Source: Planctomycetota bacterium
Lineage (GTDB): Bacteria > Planctomycetota > PLA2 > JAEUHO01
Assembly: GCA_050248855.1 (NCBI GenBank)
Contig: JBFWRP010000006.1
Span: 1-64,000, forward strand
Length of the DNA: 64,000 nt
Direction: 5' to 3'
The notes below the pieces were generated by a model. That model was not told where the DNA came from, searched no databases, and saw nothing but the letters and a program-made list of their open reading frames with translations. The position numbers and the translations under genes were made by a program. Below are positions 9,871 to 19,829 of the stretch, piece by piece (within the stretch, counting starts at the first letter, position 1; each line of letters starts with the position of its first letter).

Positions 9871-9908
9871 GGGCGGGGGCGCCGCAAGGCGTCCCCGCTC
9901 GTCGTTTT
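9871..9908 (+). terminator. Intrinsic terminator candidate
   Basis: Stem GGGCGGGGGCGCC-GCAA-GGCGTCCCCGCTC followed by GTCGTTTT. Confidence 0.65.
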
Positions 9909-9920
9909 GCCCCGAGTCCG

Positions 9921-10943
9921 TCAGCCTTCGATGGCTTCCAGCACGCGCTCCACTTCCGGGGGAAGCTCCGGCAAGTCGTGCAGCACGTCGGCCACGAGGG
10001 CGTCGCCGACCAGGCCGCGAGCCTCGGCTTCGAACGAGGGCAGGAGGCGGTGGCGCAGGGTGGGGCGGAGCGCCCAGGCGAGGTCGTCCGCCACGACATG
10101 GGCACGCCCCTCGAGCAGGGCGCGCACGCGCGCCACGCGGCACATGGCCTCGCCACCTCGCGGGCTCGCACCCATGCGCAGGCTGCGTCGCGCGGCCGAG
10201 GTCCCGTAGGCGGGGTCCGTGGCGCGGACGACGCGCGCGATCTGGCGCAGGAGGGGGTCTGGAATGGGCACGCCCCGCGCCGCAGCGATCAGCCCGCGCA
10301 CCCCGGCAGCGTCCGTGACGGGATCCGGCAGCGGCGGCCGCTCGCGGTCCGTGCGCGAGAGGATGCGCACCAGGTCGGCTTCATCCGGCGAGCGGATCTC
10401 GACCTTCAGCAGGAAGCGGTCCAGCTGGGCCTCGGGCAGGGGGAACGTGCCTTCGTGCTCGATGGGGTTTTGCGTGGCGAGCACGGTGAACGGACGCGGC
10501 AAGGGGTGGCCCGTGCCGCCCACGCTCACGGTGCCTTCGGCCATGGCCTCGATGAGCGCCGACTGCGTCCGGGGCGTGGCGCGATTGACCTCGTCGGCCA
10601 AGACCAGCTGACCGAACAGCGGTCCCGGCTGGAAGCGGAAGGTACGGCCCTCGGGACCCTCCACGAGGATGTCCGTGCCCGTCACGTCCGCGGGCAGCAA
10701 GTCGGGCGTGAACTGGATGCGCGAAAGCTCGAGGCCCGCGGCCTGGGAGAGCGCGCGCACCAAGAGGGTCTTGCCGACACCGGGAGGTCCCTCGAGCAGG
10801 GCGTGACCACCGCCCACGACGCAGCAGAGAACCTCGCGGATGACCTCGGCCTGGCCCAGCACGGTGGATGCCACGGCCTGCTCCAACGCACCCAGGAGGC
10901 GCGTGGCTTCGGCCGGCGGAAGAGGGGCGACGCTCGGGTTCAT
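9921..10943 (-). CDS. moxR: MoxR family AAA+ ATPase
   Basis: HALLEGPPGVGKT, RIQFTPDLLPAD, LADEVNRA, ATQNPIEHEGTFPLPEAQLDRF, GASPRG. Confidence 0.93.
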   Translation of the reverse strand: MNPSVAPLPPAEATRLLGALEQAVASTVLGQAEVIREVLCCVVGGGHALLEGPPGVGKTLLVRALSQAAGLELSRIQFTPDLLPADVTGTDILVEGPEGRTFRFQPGPLFGQLVLADEVNRATPRTQSALIEAMAEGTVSVGGTGHPLPRPFTVLATQNPIEHEGTFPLPEAQLDRFLLKVEIRSPDEADLVRILSRTDRERPPLPDPVTDAAGVRGLIAAARGVPIPDPLLRQIARVVRATDPAYGTSAARRSLRMGASPRGGEAMCRVARVRALLEGRAHVVADDLAWALRPTLRHRLLPSFEAEARGLVGDALVADVLHDLPELPPEVERVLEAIEG

Positions 10944-10986
10944 CGGGGCCGGTCCTGCTCCCTGGCGGTCGCCCGCCGTGCCCTTT

Positions 10987-12288
10987 CTACGGCCACGTCC
11001 GCGACATGGTTCGTGGGAAAGCCGCGGCGGCACGGACATGGTCGAGCCCGCCCAGCCACGCCACGACCCGTTCCAAGCCCATGCCGAAGCCCGCGGTGGG
11101 GGCGCCTCCGTAGCGGCGCAGGTCCAGATACCACGTGTAGGCCTCCGGCGGCAGGCCCTCCTCGGCGATCTTGTGCTCCAGGTAGGCGAGGTCGCTGGCG
11201 CGCTCGCCGCCGCCGATGATCTCGCCGTAGCCCTCGGGAGCGATCAGGTCGCAGCCCAGGGCCAGCTCGGGGCGGTCGGGATCCGGCCGCATGTAGAAGG
11301 CCTTGATCTTGGCGGGAAAGCGGTGGACGAGGATGGGGCCGGGGTAGGCGGCCGAGAGGGTCGTCTCCTGCGGGGCGCCGAAGTCGTCGCCCCACGCGAT
11401 CTCGGCCTCCGTGCCCTTCAGCCGCTCGACGGCGTCGTCGTAGCTGATGCGCGGGAACGGGGGCCGCCAGCGCTCCAAGGCGGCCGGATCGCGTTCCAGG
11501 ATCTTCAGCTCGTCCTGGCAGTGCTCGAGCACGTGCTCGAGCACGTGGCCGATCAGGCTCTCCATGAGCGCCATGCTGTCGTCCAGGTGCGCGAACGACA
11601 TTTCGGGTTCGAGCATCCAGAACTCGGTCAGGTGCCGGCGGGTCTTGCTCTTCTCCGCACGGAACGTGGGGCCGAAGCAGTAGACCTTGCCCAAGGCCTG
11701 CGCCGCCGCCTCCATGTGGAGCTGACCGGTCTGCGAGAGGTAGATCCGCTGGTCGAAGTACTCGACGGGGAACAGCGTGGCCGTGCCCTCGGCGGCGGCG
11801 GACTGGAAGATCGGCGCGTCCACGTTGACGAAGCCGAGCCCGTCCAGGTGCTCGCGGCATGCGCGCACGATGTGTCCGCGAAGGCGCAGCGTGGCCGCCG
11901 GCTTGGCGCTGCGCAGCCACAGGTGGCGATGGTCGAAGAGGAACCCGGTGCCATGCTCCTTCTTGCCGATCGGGAAGTCCTCCGGGCACGCCGCCACTAC
12001 CTCGAAGCCGTCGGCCTGCAGCTCGACGCCGCCGGCCTGGCGGGCGTCCTCCTTGACCTGGCCCCTCACGCGGACGCTGCTCTCGAGCGGCACCTTGGAC
12101 GCCGCATCGAGCACGTCGTCCGGGACGGAGCCACGACGCACCACGGTCTGCACCACGCCCGTGCCGTCGCGGATCTCGAGGAAGTGGAGCTTCGTGCCCG
12201 CCGAGCGACGGAAGCGGACCCAACCCGCCACTTCGACGGTCTGGCCGATCGCCTGGGGCAGGTCGCTGACATACGTGCGTTGGGACAT
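10987..12288 (-). CDS. asnS: Asparagine--tRNA ligase
   Basis: OB fold, HRHLWLRS, YLSQTGQLH, FRAEKSKTRRHLTEFWMLEPE, GYGEIIGGGER, GFGMGLER. Confidence 0.95.
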   Translation of the reverse strand: MSQRTYVSDLPQAIGQTVEVAGWVRFRRSAGTKLHFLEIRDGTGVVQTVVRRGSVPDDVLDAASKVPLESSVRVRGQVKEDARQAGGVELQADGFEVVAACPEDFPIGKKEHGTGFLFDHRHLWLRSAKPAATLRLRGHIVRACREHLDGLGFVNVDAPIFQSAAAEGTATLFPVEYFDQRIYLSQTGQLHMEAAAQALGKVYCFGPTFRAEKSKTRRHLTEFWMLEPEMSFAHLDDSMALMESLIGHVLEHVLEHCQDELKILERDPAALERWRPPFPRISYDDAVERLKGTEAEIAWGDDFGAPQETTLSAAYPGPILVHRFPAKIKAFYMRPDPDRPELALGCDLIAPEGYGEIIGGGERASDLAYLEHKIAEEGLPPEAYTWYLDLRRYGGAPTAGFGMGLERVVAWLGGLDHVRAAAAFPRTMSRTWP

Positions 12289-12382
12289 GGGAAACCTCGG
12301 GGCCGCGGACGGCGCGAGGATACCGGAGCCGCCTCGACCCTCCCCGTGTGGGGCGTCAGCGGCGGTGGGTAGACTCCTGGCG

Positions 12383-12976
12383 GTGTACGAAGCCCTGCAC
12401 GGTCGACTGACGCGCAAGGAGCCCGCCTTCGTCGTGGTCACGGCAGGGGGCATCGGCTACCGCGTTCTCGTGCCGCTCTCCACCTACGAGGCGCTGCCCC
12501 GCGCGGGCCAGGATGTCGACCTGCTGCTGCACTTGGTCGTGCGCGAGGACGAGTGGCGGCTGTTCGGCTTCGCGACCGACGAGGAGCGCGAGGCCTTTCG
12601 CACCCTGCTGCGCGTGGCCGGCGTCGGTCCCGTGCTGGCCCTGGCCATCCTCGGCGGCCTCGGGCCCGGGGAGCTTGCCCGCGTCGTGCGCGAGGGCGAC
12701 ATCAAGGCCCTCGTCCGCGTCAAGGGCGTCGGCCGCAAGACCGCCGAGCGCATCGCCGTCGAGCTGAAGGACGCGTGGGGGCAGCGTGGCGCGGTGGCTG
12801 GGTCCGGCGGTGCCCCGCCGGTCGAAGGCCCGCTGGCCCAAGCGGTGCGTGCCTTGGAAGCGCTCGGGCATGCGCCCGACGAAGCGCGCCGTCGCGTCGA
12901 TGCCGCCGCCGGCAAGGCGAAGGGTGCCGCTCCCGAGGACGTCGCCGCCCTCGTGCGCGCGGCGCTCCGCTTGTAA
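12383..12976 (+). CDS. ruvA: Holliday junction branch migration protein RuvA
   Basis: MYEALHGRL...GGIGYRV...LVVREDEWRLFGF...VAGVGP.LAL...VKGVGRKTAERIAVELK. Confidence 0.95.
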   Translation: MYEALHGRLTRKEPAFVVVTAGGIGYRVLVPLSTYEALPRAGQDVDLLLHLVVREDEWRLFGFATDEEREAFRTLLRVAGVGPVLALAILGGLGPGELARVVREGDIKALVRVKGVGRKTAERIAVELKDAWGQRGAVAGSGGAPPVEGPLAQAVRALEALGHAPDEARRRVDAAAGKAKGAAPEDVAALVRAALRL

Positions 12977-12978
12977 CG

Positions 12979-14319
12979 CTACTTCCTGCGCAGCTGGAAG
13001 CCGAGGCTCTCGAGCTTGCGACGGATCTCGTTGAGCGAGGTCTGGCCGAAGTTCTTCGACGCCAGGAGCTCGTTCTCGGAGTGACGCAGGAGATCGCCGA
13101 TGGTGCGGATCTCCAGGTTGTCCATGCAGCGGCGCGCGCGGATCGAGAGCTCCAGCGCGTCGATCGACGTGTCGTTGGGATCGTCCTCGTCCGGCTCCTC
13201 GTCGGCGCCGCCGAAGAGTGCGTCGAGCTGGGCCTCGGCCTGGGCGCGCGAGGGGCCCTCACGCAGGGGGGCCTCGTCCTCGGAGCCGCGGAGCATGCCC
13301 AAGCGCAGGCCCTTCTGGGCCAGGATGTCCTTGATCTCCTGCAGGGACGTCTCGCCGAAGTTCTTGTAGGCGAGGAGCTCCGCCTCGGACTTGCGGACCA
13401 AGTCGCCCAGCGTGGTGATGTCCATGCGCGAGAGGCAGTTGCGCGAGCGCACCGACAGCTCGAACTCGGAGATGGGGGTGCGCATGACCTGCGCGCGGCG
13501 GTCCTCGCGGCGCTCATGGTCCTCGTCGTAGTACATGTTCTGCGAGGCGAGAACGTCCTTGATCCCGATGCGCGCCCGCACGTGCGTGGGGTCCGAGGCC
13601 AGGATGCGGCGGTAGCAGCTCTCGGCTTCGGCGTAGCGGGCAGCGTCTTCGTAGAGCAGCGCCATGTTCAGCAGGGAGTTGACGTGGCCCGGGGGCACCG
13701 CCGCGGCGCGACGGTACAGCTCGAGCGCGCGGGCGTCCTCGCCTTCGCAGTCCAAGCGCAGGGCGAGGTGGAACAGCGCCCGCACGTGCTGGGGGTCGGC
13801 GTGGATCGCGTCCTGGTAGCGCTGCTTGGCCTCTTCGTACTCGCCGGCTGCCTCGAGCGCGATGCCCTCGGCGTAGGCGGCGTCGGCACCCTCGGGCAGC
13901 TTGCGCGCGGCCTTCATGGCGTGGTCGGCGTCACCACCGAGCGCGGCGGCCGTGGCCAGCTCGACGAAGAACGCCTGGCCCTCGAGCGATGTGCCGACCA
14001 GGGCGCTGAACGACGTTGCCGCGCCGATCGGGTCGCCGCTTTCCATGCGCGACAAGCCGCGCACGAGCTGGGCCTGCGGGGCATCGCCCGCGCTCTCGAG
14101 CTGGGCCAGCGCGCGGTCGGTCCGACCGAGCAGCCAGGAAGCGGTCGCACTGCGCAGCGCGTCCTTCGCGTTGCCGCTTCCGTCCTTGCGTGACTCCGCG
14201 TCCACGGTCTGGCGCGCCTCGGACGACGCACCGATCTGGCGCTTCATCGCGCGCAGGGCCTCGAGGTCGTAGGCGAGCTCGGCCAGGAAGGAGTTCGCGT
14301 TGCTCGGGGGCATGGACAT
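12979..14319 (-). CDS. TPR-repeat protein with two RNA polymerase alpha C-terminal (alphaCTD) domains
   Basis: TPR helices, then [16 protein letters not shown]...[11 protein letters not shown] and [15 protein letters not shown]...[11 protein letters not shown]; no alpha-NTD; AGGGAG RBS. Confidence 0.9.
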   Translation of the reverse strand: MSMPPSNANSFLAELAYDLEALRAMKRQIGASSEARQTVDAESRKDGSGNAKDALRSATASWLLGRTDRALAQLESAGDAPQAQLVRGLSRMESGDPIGAATSFSALVGTSLEGQAFFVELATAAALGGDADHAMKAARKLPEGADAAYAEGIALEAAGEYEEAKQRYQDAIHADPQHVRALFHLALRLDCEGEDARALELYRRAAAVPPGHVNSLLNMALLYEDAARYAEAESCYRRILASDPTHVRARIGIKDVLASQNMYYDEDHERREDRRAQVMRTPISEFELSVRSRNCLSRMDITTLGDLVRKSEAELLAYKNFGETSLQEIKDILAQKGLRLGMLRGSEDEAPLREGPSRAQAEAQLDALFGGADEEPDEDDPNDTSIDALELSIRARRCMDNLEIRTIGDLLRHSENELLASKNFGQTSLNEIRRKLESLGFQLRRK

Positions 14320-14526
14320 CTCCCTGCGGCCGAGGGGGCCTCCAGCGAGGCCCGGCCGCCGACGACGGCGAATCCCGGACGATAGCGGCCTGTCGGACGG
14401 CGTCCACATCAGGGCGGCGTCCTCGGAGCCACGGGCCCGCCTCGGACAGGGCCCGTGCAGGACGCGCATGGCGTGGGATGCTCCCCGGGCAGGGCGCGCG
14501 ACGCCCCGGCGCGGTGGAGGTCGGCC

Positions 14527-15801
14527 ATGGACCGGTTCCGGATCGAGGGCGGGGTGCCGCTCGAGGGCGCCGTCGACGTCTCGGGGGCCAAGAACTCGGC
14601 CCTTCCCCTCCTGGCCGCGACCCTCCTCACGGACGAACCCTGCGTGCTCCGGGGGGTGCCGGCGCTGCACGACGTGTCCACGATGCTCAAGATCCTGGAG
14701 GTCCTGGGGGTCGAGGTTGAGCGCGAGCCGGGCGGCGTGGTCCGGACGCGGGTGAGCGACGCCAGCTCGCACCGCGCTCCCCGCGAGCTGGTCAAGACCA
14801 TGCGCGCGTCGATCTGCGTCCTGGGGCCCCTCGTGGGTCGCCGCGGCGAGGCCGAAGTCAGCTTCCCGGGAGGTTGCGTGATCGGCCCGCGGCCCGTGGA
14901 CCTGCACCTGCGTGGCCTCGAGGCGCTGGGTGCGGAGGTGCGGGTCGAGGAGGGCTACATCCGCGTCCGGGCCGGTCGAGGGGGGCCGGGCGAGCGCGAG
15001 GTCTACCTGGGCGGCCCCTTCGGCCCGACCGTGACCGGGACGGCGAACGTCCTTTCGGCCGCCGTCCTCACGCCTGGCACCACGGTGCTGCAAGCCGCCG
15101 CCTGCGAGCCCGAGATCGCCGATCTGGCCCGCGCGCTCGTGGCCATGGGGGCGAACATCCAGGGCATCGGCAGCCCGACCCTGGTCGTCGAGGGCGTCGA
15201 GGCCCTGGGGGGCCTCGACCACGAGGTGATCCCCGATCGGATCGAGGCCGGGACCCTCTTGGCCGCCGCGGCCGCCACGGGCGGCGACGTCCTCGTCCGC
15301 GGTGCCGACCCGAAGGTCCTCACGGCTCCGCTGGACCTCCTGGCCCGCATGGGCACCACGGTGGAGCGCGGCCCGGGAGGTCTCCGGGTCCGGGGCGGCG
15401 GGGGACGCCCGCGGCCCGTGGACGTGGTGACCCTGCCCTATCCGGGCTTCCCCACGGACCTCCAGGCCCAGTGGATGACGCTGCTTGCCCTGGCCGACGG
15501 CAACTCCTTCGTGACCGAGAAGATCTACCCCGAGCGCTTCATCCACATCGCCGAGCTCCAGCGCATGGGGGCCCGGATCCGCAAGGAGGGCCCGACGGCG
15601 ATCGTGAGCGGTGTCGAGCGCCTGTCGGGGTGCGAGGTGATGGCTTCCGACCTCCGGGCGTCGGCGGCCCTGGTCGTGGCCGGCTTGGCGGCCGGGGGGA
15701 CCACACTGGTCGAGCGCGTCTACCACATCGACCGCGGCTACGAGCGCATCGAGACCAAGCTGGAGGCGCTGGGGGCCCGGATCCGGCGCGAGGCCGCGTA
15801 G
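14527..15801 (+). CDS. murA: UDP-N-acetylglucosamine 1-carboxyvinyltransferase
   Basis: [58 protein letters not shown]. Confidence 0.97.
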   Translation: MDRFRIEGGVPLEGAVDVSGAKNSALPLLAATLLTDEPCVLRGVPALHDVSTMLKILEVLGVEVEREPGGVVRTRVSDASSHRAPRELVKTMRASICVLGPLVGRRGEAEVSFPGGCVIGPRPVDLHLRGLEALGAEVRVEEGYIRVRAGRGGPGEREVYLGGPFGPTVTGTANVLSAAVLTPGTTVLQAAACEPEIADLARALVAMGANIQGIGSPTLVVEGVEALGGLDHEVIPDRIEAGTLLAAAAATGGDVLVRGADPKVLTAPLDLLARMGTTVERGPGGLRVRGGGGRPRPVDVVTLPYPGFPTDLQAQWMTLLALADGNSFVTEKIYPERFIHIAELQRMGARIRKEGPTAIVSGVERLSGCEVMASDLRASAALVVAGLAAGGTTLVERVYHIDRGYERIETKLEALGARIRREAA

Positions 15802-15992
15802 GCGGGGGCCCCTCGGCGCGTTTCCGCACCCCGGAGGGGCGTCGCCTTTCCTTCCGGGGACGCCCGGGCCTCGGTTCAATGCCTCATTCGGCCCGTTTGG
15901 GCAGCCCCGTCCCCGGGGACCGCTACCGCCGTGTCACGGGCGGGCCGTCCCCTCACCGTCCGCCCCCCGCTCTCCAGGAACAGAAGCCCGTC

Positions 15993-17408
15993 GTGTTCGA
16001 CTCCCTCGCCAAGCGCTTCGCCGGCATCTTCTCGGGCCTCGGGTCCGGGAAGCTCACCGAGCGGAACATCGAGGACGGCATCAAGGAGGTCCGTCAGGCC
16101 CTCCTCGAAGCCGACGTCGCGCTCGACGTCGTCAAGGGCTTCATCGAGCGCGTGCGCGCGAAGGCCGTGGGCCTCACGACGCTGCAGGGCGTGCGCCCCG
16201 CCGACCAGTTCGTCAAGGTCGTCAAGGACGAGATGGTCGCGCTGCTCGGCGGCGACCCGGCGCGCATCCGCTGGAGCAACCGCGGCCCGACCGTGATCAT
16301 GATGGTCGGCCTGCAGGGCACGGGCAAGACGACCACGACGGGCAAGATCGCGCGCTTCCTGCGCAAGCGCGAGTCCAAGAAGCCGCTGCTCGTGGCCGCC
16401 GACGTGCAGCGCCCCGCCGCCATCGAACAGCTGCGCGTCCTCGGCAAGCAGCTGGACATCCCCGTCTACGCGGAGGAGGCCGGCCGCCCGCCCAAGATCT
16501 GCCGTCGCGGCATCGAGCGCGCGGTCGAGCTGGGCTGCGACGTGGTCCTGCTGGACACGGCTGGCCGCCTGCACATCGACGACGAGCTCATGGACGAGCT
16601 CGAGGACATCCGCGACGGCGTCAAGCCCCACGAGATCTGGCTCGTCGTGGACAGCATGCTCGGCCAGGACGCCGTCACGAGCGCCCGCGAGTTCAACGAC
16701 CGCCTCGACGTCAGCGGCGTGATCCTCACCAAGACCGACGGCGACGCCCGCGGCGGCGCGGCCCTGGCCGTCCGCGAAGTCACCGGCAAGCCCATCCGCT
16801 ACGTCGGTACCGGCGAGAAGCTCGACCAGCTCGAGGCCTTCGTGCCCGACCGCATGGCCCAGCGCATCCTGGGCATGGGCGACGTGATCGGCCTCGTCGA
16901 ACAGGCCCAGGACGTCGTCGACCAGAAGGAGGCGGCCGAGGCGGCCGAGCGGCTCTTCATGAACCGCTTCACGCTGGAGGACGTCGCCTCCCAGCTCCAG
17001 ATGATGCAGAAGATGGGCAGCATGAAGGACATGCTGAAGAAGATCCCCGGCGCCGCCCAGCTGGACGAGGCCCAGCTGCAGCAGCTGCCCAAGGATCAAG
17101 AGATCAAGCGCATGATCGCGGTCATCCAGTCGATGACGCCCGCCGAGCGCGACGATCCCAAGCTGCTGCACATGCAGCGCCGCCACCGCGTGGCCCGTGG
17201 CTCGGGCACCTCCGTCAAGACGGTGGGCGAAGTCGTCAACATGCACCGCCAGATGCAGCGCCAGGTGAAGGACCTGAAGAAGCAGGGATTCGCCGGCAAG
17301 CTCGCTGCGCGCAAGATCGAGAAAGACAAGAAGCGCCGCTGGAAGGACAAGAAGAAGTCCGACGGCGGCGACGAGTTCGGAGGGTGGTTCGCGCCGAAGA
17401 AGGCGTAG
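15993..17408 (+). CDS. ffh: Signal recognition particle protein
   Basis: ALLEADV, GLQGTGKTTT, DTAGRLHID, TKTDGDARGGAAL, RILGMGD, M domain. Confidence 0.97.
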   Translation: MFDSLAKRFAGIFSGLGSGKLTERNIEDGIKEVRQALLEADVALDVVKGFIERVRAKAVGLTTLQGVRPADQFVKVVKDEMVALLGGDPARIRWSNRGPTVIMMVGLQGTGKTTTTGKIARFLRKRESKKPLLVAADVQRPAAIEQLRVLGKQLDIPVYAEEAGRPPKICRRGIERAVELGCDVVLLDTAGRLHIDDELMDELEDIRDGVKPHEIWLVVDSMLGQDAVTSAREFNDRLDVSGVILTKTDGDARGGAALAVREVTGKPIRYVGTGEKLDQLEAFVPDRMAQRILGMGDVIGLVEQAQDVVDQKEAAEAAERLFMNRFTLEDVASQLQMMQKMGSMKDMLKKIPGAAQLDEAQLQQLPKDQEIKRMIAVIQSMTPAERDDPKLLHMQRRHRVARGSGTSVKTVGEVVNMHRQMQRQVKDLKKQGFAGKLAARKIEKDKKRRWKDKKKSDGGDEFGGWFAPKKA

Positions 17409-17449
17409 CCACGTTCCACCAGTCCGCAAGCAGGAAGGACGTCCACTCC

Positions 17450-17764
17450 ATGGCCATCGTGATCCGCCTCTCGCGCCAAGGCCGGCGCAACCGACCCCAC
17501 TACCGCCTGGGGGTCTTCGACCGCCGCACGCGCCGCGACGGTCCGCCGATCGAGTACCTCGGTCACTACGACCCCCTCGAGACCGACGACGAGAAGAAGG
17601 TCGTCCTCGAGCCCGAGCGCATCTCGCACTGGCTGGGCCAGGGCGCGCTCGTGTCGGAGACCGTGCGCAGCTTCCTGCGCCAGAAGGGCATCCCCATGCC
17701 TGGTCACCGCGCCGGTCGTCGTGCCAAGCGCAAGCGCAAGGCCGGCACCACCGCCAAGGCCTGA
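17450..17764 (+). CDS. rpsP: 30S ribosomal protein S16
   Basis: MAIVIRLSRQGRRNRPHYR...RRDGPPIEYLGHYDP; follows ffh. Confidence 0.97.
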   Translation: MAIVIRLSRQGRRNRPHYRLGVFDRRTRRDGPPIEYLGHYDPLETDDEKKVVLEPERISHWLGQGALVSETVRSFLRQKGIPMPGHRAGRRAKRKRKAGTTAKA

Positions 17765-17925
17765 CCGTCCGCGCGCTGCTGCCGGCCCTGGAGGTCGCCG
17801 CGGCGCGCACGCTGACGACACCCGGGGTGCGTGACGCCCCGGGACCGTCCGGTTCCGTCCTCTTCGCCTGCGCCCCTTTCGGAGCGCGTCTCCTTTCCCG
17901 GTGACGCGCTCCCGCCCGGAGATCC

Positions 17926-19248
17926 ATGGCCGCATCCGCCGCCACGAAGAAGAAGCCGACCCTGGCCGAGGTGCTCGACGTCCTCGAGGGGATCTTCGGC
18001 GCACCGCCCCAGCCCGAGCGCCTCGAGGACCCGCTGCTCGACCACCTGCTGGTGGCCGTGCTGACGCCCCACATGGGCCAGCCGGCCGCGCGCGACGCAC
18101 TGCGGGCCATCTCGGGCGCGTTCCTCGACCTCAACGAGATCCGCGTCTGCGGCCTGGCCGAGATCGAGCCGTTCCTCGCGGCGGTGCCGGCGGCTTCCCG
18201 GCGGCAGGCCGCGTGGGACCTGCGCATGGCCTTGCAGGACGTCTACGACGGCACGCACGGGCTCGACCTCGAGCCACTGCGCGGTCGCTCGCCCGAGGAC
18301 ATGCGCAAGTTCCTGAAGGCGCTGCCCAACATCCACGGCGGCGCGGCGGCCCTGCTGTTCCAGGCGGCCGCCGGCGACGACATGCTCGCATTCGGCGTGC
18401 TCGAGGAGCACCTCCTCACGCGCTTGGGGATGCTGCCGCGCGCCTCGTCGCGCGACCGCGTCCGCGCGGCGCTCGAGCGTCAGGTCAAGGCCAAGGACCG
18501 CCGGCGCTTCGCGTGGCTCTGCGGCGCCGCGGCGCACCTCTACGAAGTCGACTTCGATCCCAAGCACCCCTTCTGCGAGCTGCTCGTGCGCGTCAACGCC
18601 AAGGAGCTCGCCGTGCGCGAGGCCGAGCGCAAGCGCGAGGAGGCCCGTCGCCTCGCGGAAGAGAAGAAGCGTCTCGCCGAGGAAGAGAAGAAGCGCAAGG
18701 CCGAGGAGCGCGAGCGCGCCAAGGCCGAGCGCGAGCGCGCGCGCAAGGAGGCCCTTGCCAAGCGCAAGGCCGCTGCCGACGCCAAGGTCGCCGCCAAGAA
18801 GGCCGCCGAAGACAAGAAGCGTGCCGACGCCAAGGCGGCCGCCGAGGCCAAGAAGGCCGCCGCCAAGGCCGCTGCCGAAGCGAAGAGGGCTGCCGCCAAG
18901 GCCGCGGCGGAAGCGAAGAAGGCCGCCGAGAAGGCCAAGAAGGAAGCCGCCAAGAAGGCGGCTGCCGCGAAGCAGGAGGCCGCGAAGAAGGCCGCGGCGG
19001 CTGCGAAGAAGGCCGCAGCGAAGAAGTCCGCCAAGAAGTCGGCCGCCAAGAAGACGGCCGCCAAGAGTGCGCCGGGGAAGAAGGCGGCCGAGCGTGCCAC
19101 CCCGAAGACCGCAGCCAAGAAGACGGCCTCCAAGAAGTCCGCGAAGAAGACCGCCGCCAAGAAGGCGCCGCCCAAGAAGGCCGCCAAGAAGAAGAGCGCC
19201 AAGAAGTCCGCATCGCGCGCGCCTTCGCGCGTGGCGCGCAAGAAGTAG
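17926..19248 (+). CDS. Degenerate HhH-GPD/endonuclease III-fold domain fused to a coiled coil and a Lys/Ala-rich histone-H1-like tail
   Basis: N-terminal Nth-like pattern (DLNEIRV, LDLEPLR...RKFLKALPNI, LTRLGML); C-terminal AAKK/KKSAKK repeats. Confidence 0.8.
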   Translation: MAASAATKKKPTLAEVLDVLEGIFGAPPQPERLEDPLLDHLLVAVLTPHMGQPAARDALRAISGAFLDLNEIRVCGLAEIEPFLAAVPAASRRQAAWDLRMALQDVYDGTHGLDLEPLRGRSPEDMRKFLKALPNIHGGAAALLFQAAAGDDMLAFGVLEEHLLTRLGMLPRASSRDRVRAALERQVKAKDRRRFAWLCGAAAHLYEVDFDPKHPFCELLVRVNAKELAVREAERKREEARRLAEEKKRLAEEEKKRKAEERERAKAERERARKEALAKRKAAADAKVAAKKAAEDKKRADAKAAAEAKKAAAKAAAEAKRAAAKAAAEAKKAAEKAKKEAAKKAAAAKQEAAKKAAAAAKKAAAKKSAKKSAAKKTAAKSAPGKKAAERATPKTAAKKTASKKSAKKTAAKKAPPKKAAKKKSAKKSASRAPSRVARKK

Positions 19249-19257
19249 GACGCCCCG

Positions 19258-19827
19258 GTGCGGCTCCGGCTGGCCAGCCAGAGCCCGCGCCGTGCGGCGC
19301 TGCTCGAGGCCGCCGGCATCCCGTTCGAGCCCGGGCCGTTTCCGGACATCGAGGAGCATCTGCCGCCGGGGCTCCCGCCCGCGGCCGCCGTCGAGGCCAT
19401 TGCCCGGGAGAAGGCGCGCGCCGCCCTCCTGCTTGCCGGACCCGGCGAGACCGTGCTGGCGGCCGACACGCTGGTGTTCGTGGACGACCAGCCCCTCGGC
19501 CGACCGCGCGATGCGGCCGAAGCGCGGGCCCACCTGGCTCGCCTCTCCGGCCGCACCCACGACGTCGTCACGGCCGTGGCCGTGGGGGCCGTGGATCGGG
19601 GCGCCGCGGGCCTCCGCGTCGCCAGCGCCACGACGCGGATCACGTTCCGCGCCCTGACGGCCGATGAGATCCGGGGCTACGTCGCGTCCGGCGAGCCCCT
19701 GGACAAGGCGGGCGCGTACGCCCTGCAGGGCGGCGCCCGTCGGTTCGTGACGCGGATCGAAGGAGACGAGGACACCGTGATCGGCCTCTCCGTCTCGCTT
19801 GTTCGCCGCTTGTTGGCGGAGGTCTGA
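19258..19827 (+). CDS. maf: Maf family nucleoside triphosphate pyrophosphatase
   Basis: LASQSPRR, VLAADTLV, LSGRTHDVVT, EPLDKAGAYALQG. Confidence 0.93.
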   Translation: MRLRLASQSPRRAALLEAAGIPFEPGPFPDIEEHLPPGLPPAAAVEAIAREKARAALLLAGPGETVLAADTLVFVDDQPLGRPRDAAEARAHLARLSGRTHDVVTAVAVGAVDRGAAGLRVASATTRITFRALTADEIRGYVASGEPLDKAGAYALQGGARRFVTRIEGDEDTVIGLSVSLVRRLLAEV

Positions 19828-19829
19828 CC

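Noticed and set aside
12979..14319. rpoA
   Set aside because: No alpha N-terminal domain and not in the ribosomal protein operon
15802..15992. SRP RNA upstream of ffh (CCGGAAGGAA on the minus strand)
   Set aside because: Lacks the flanking CAGG and GCAGC of the conserved domain IV
18600..19248. TolA or a DNA-level tandem repeat
   Set aside because: No N-terminal TM, TolA C-domain or tolQR; the periodicity comes from Lys/Ala codons
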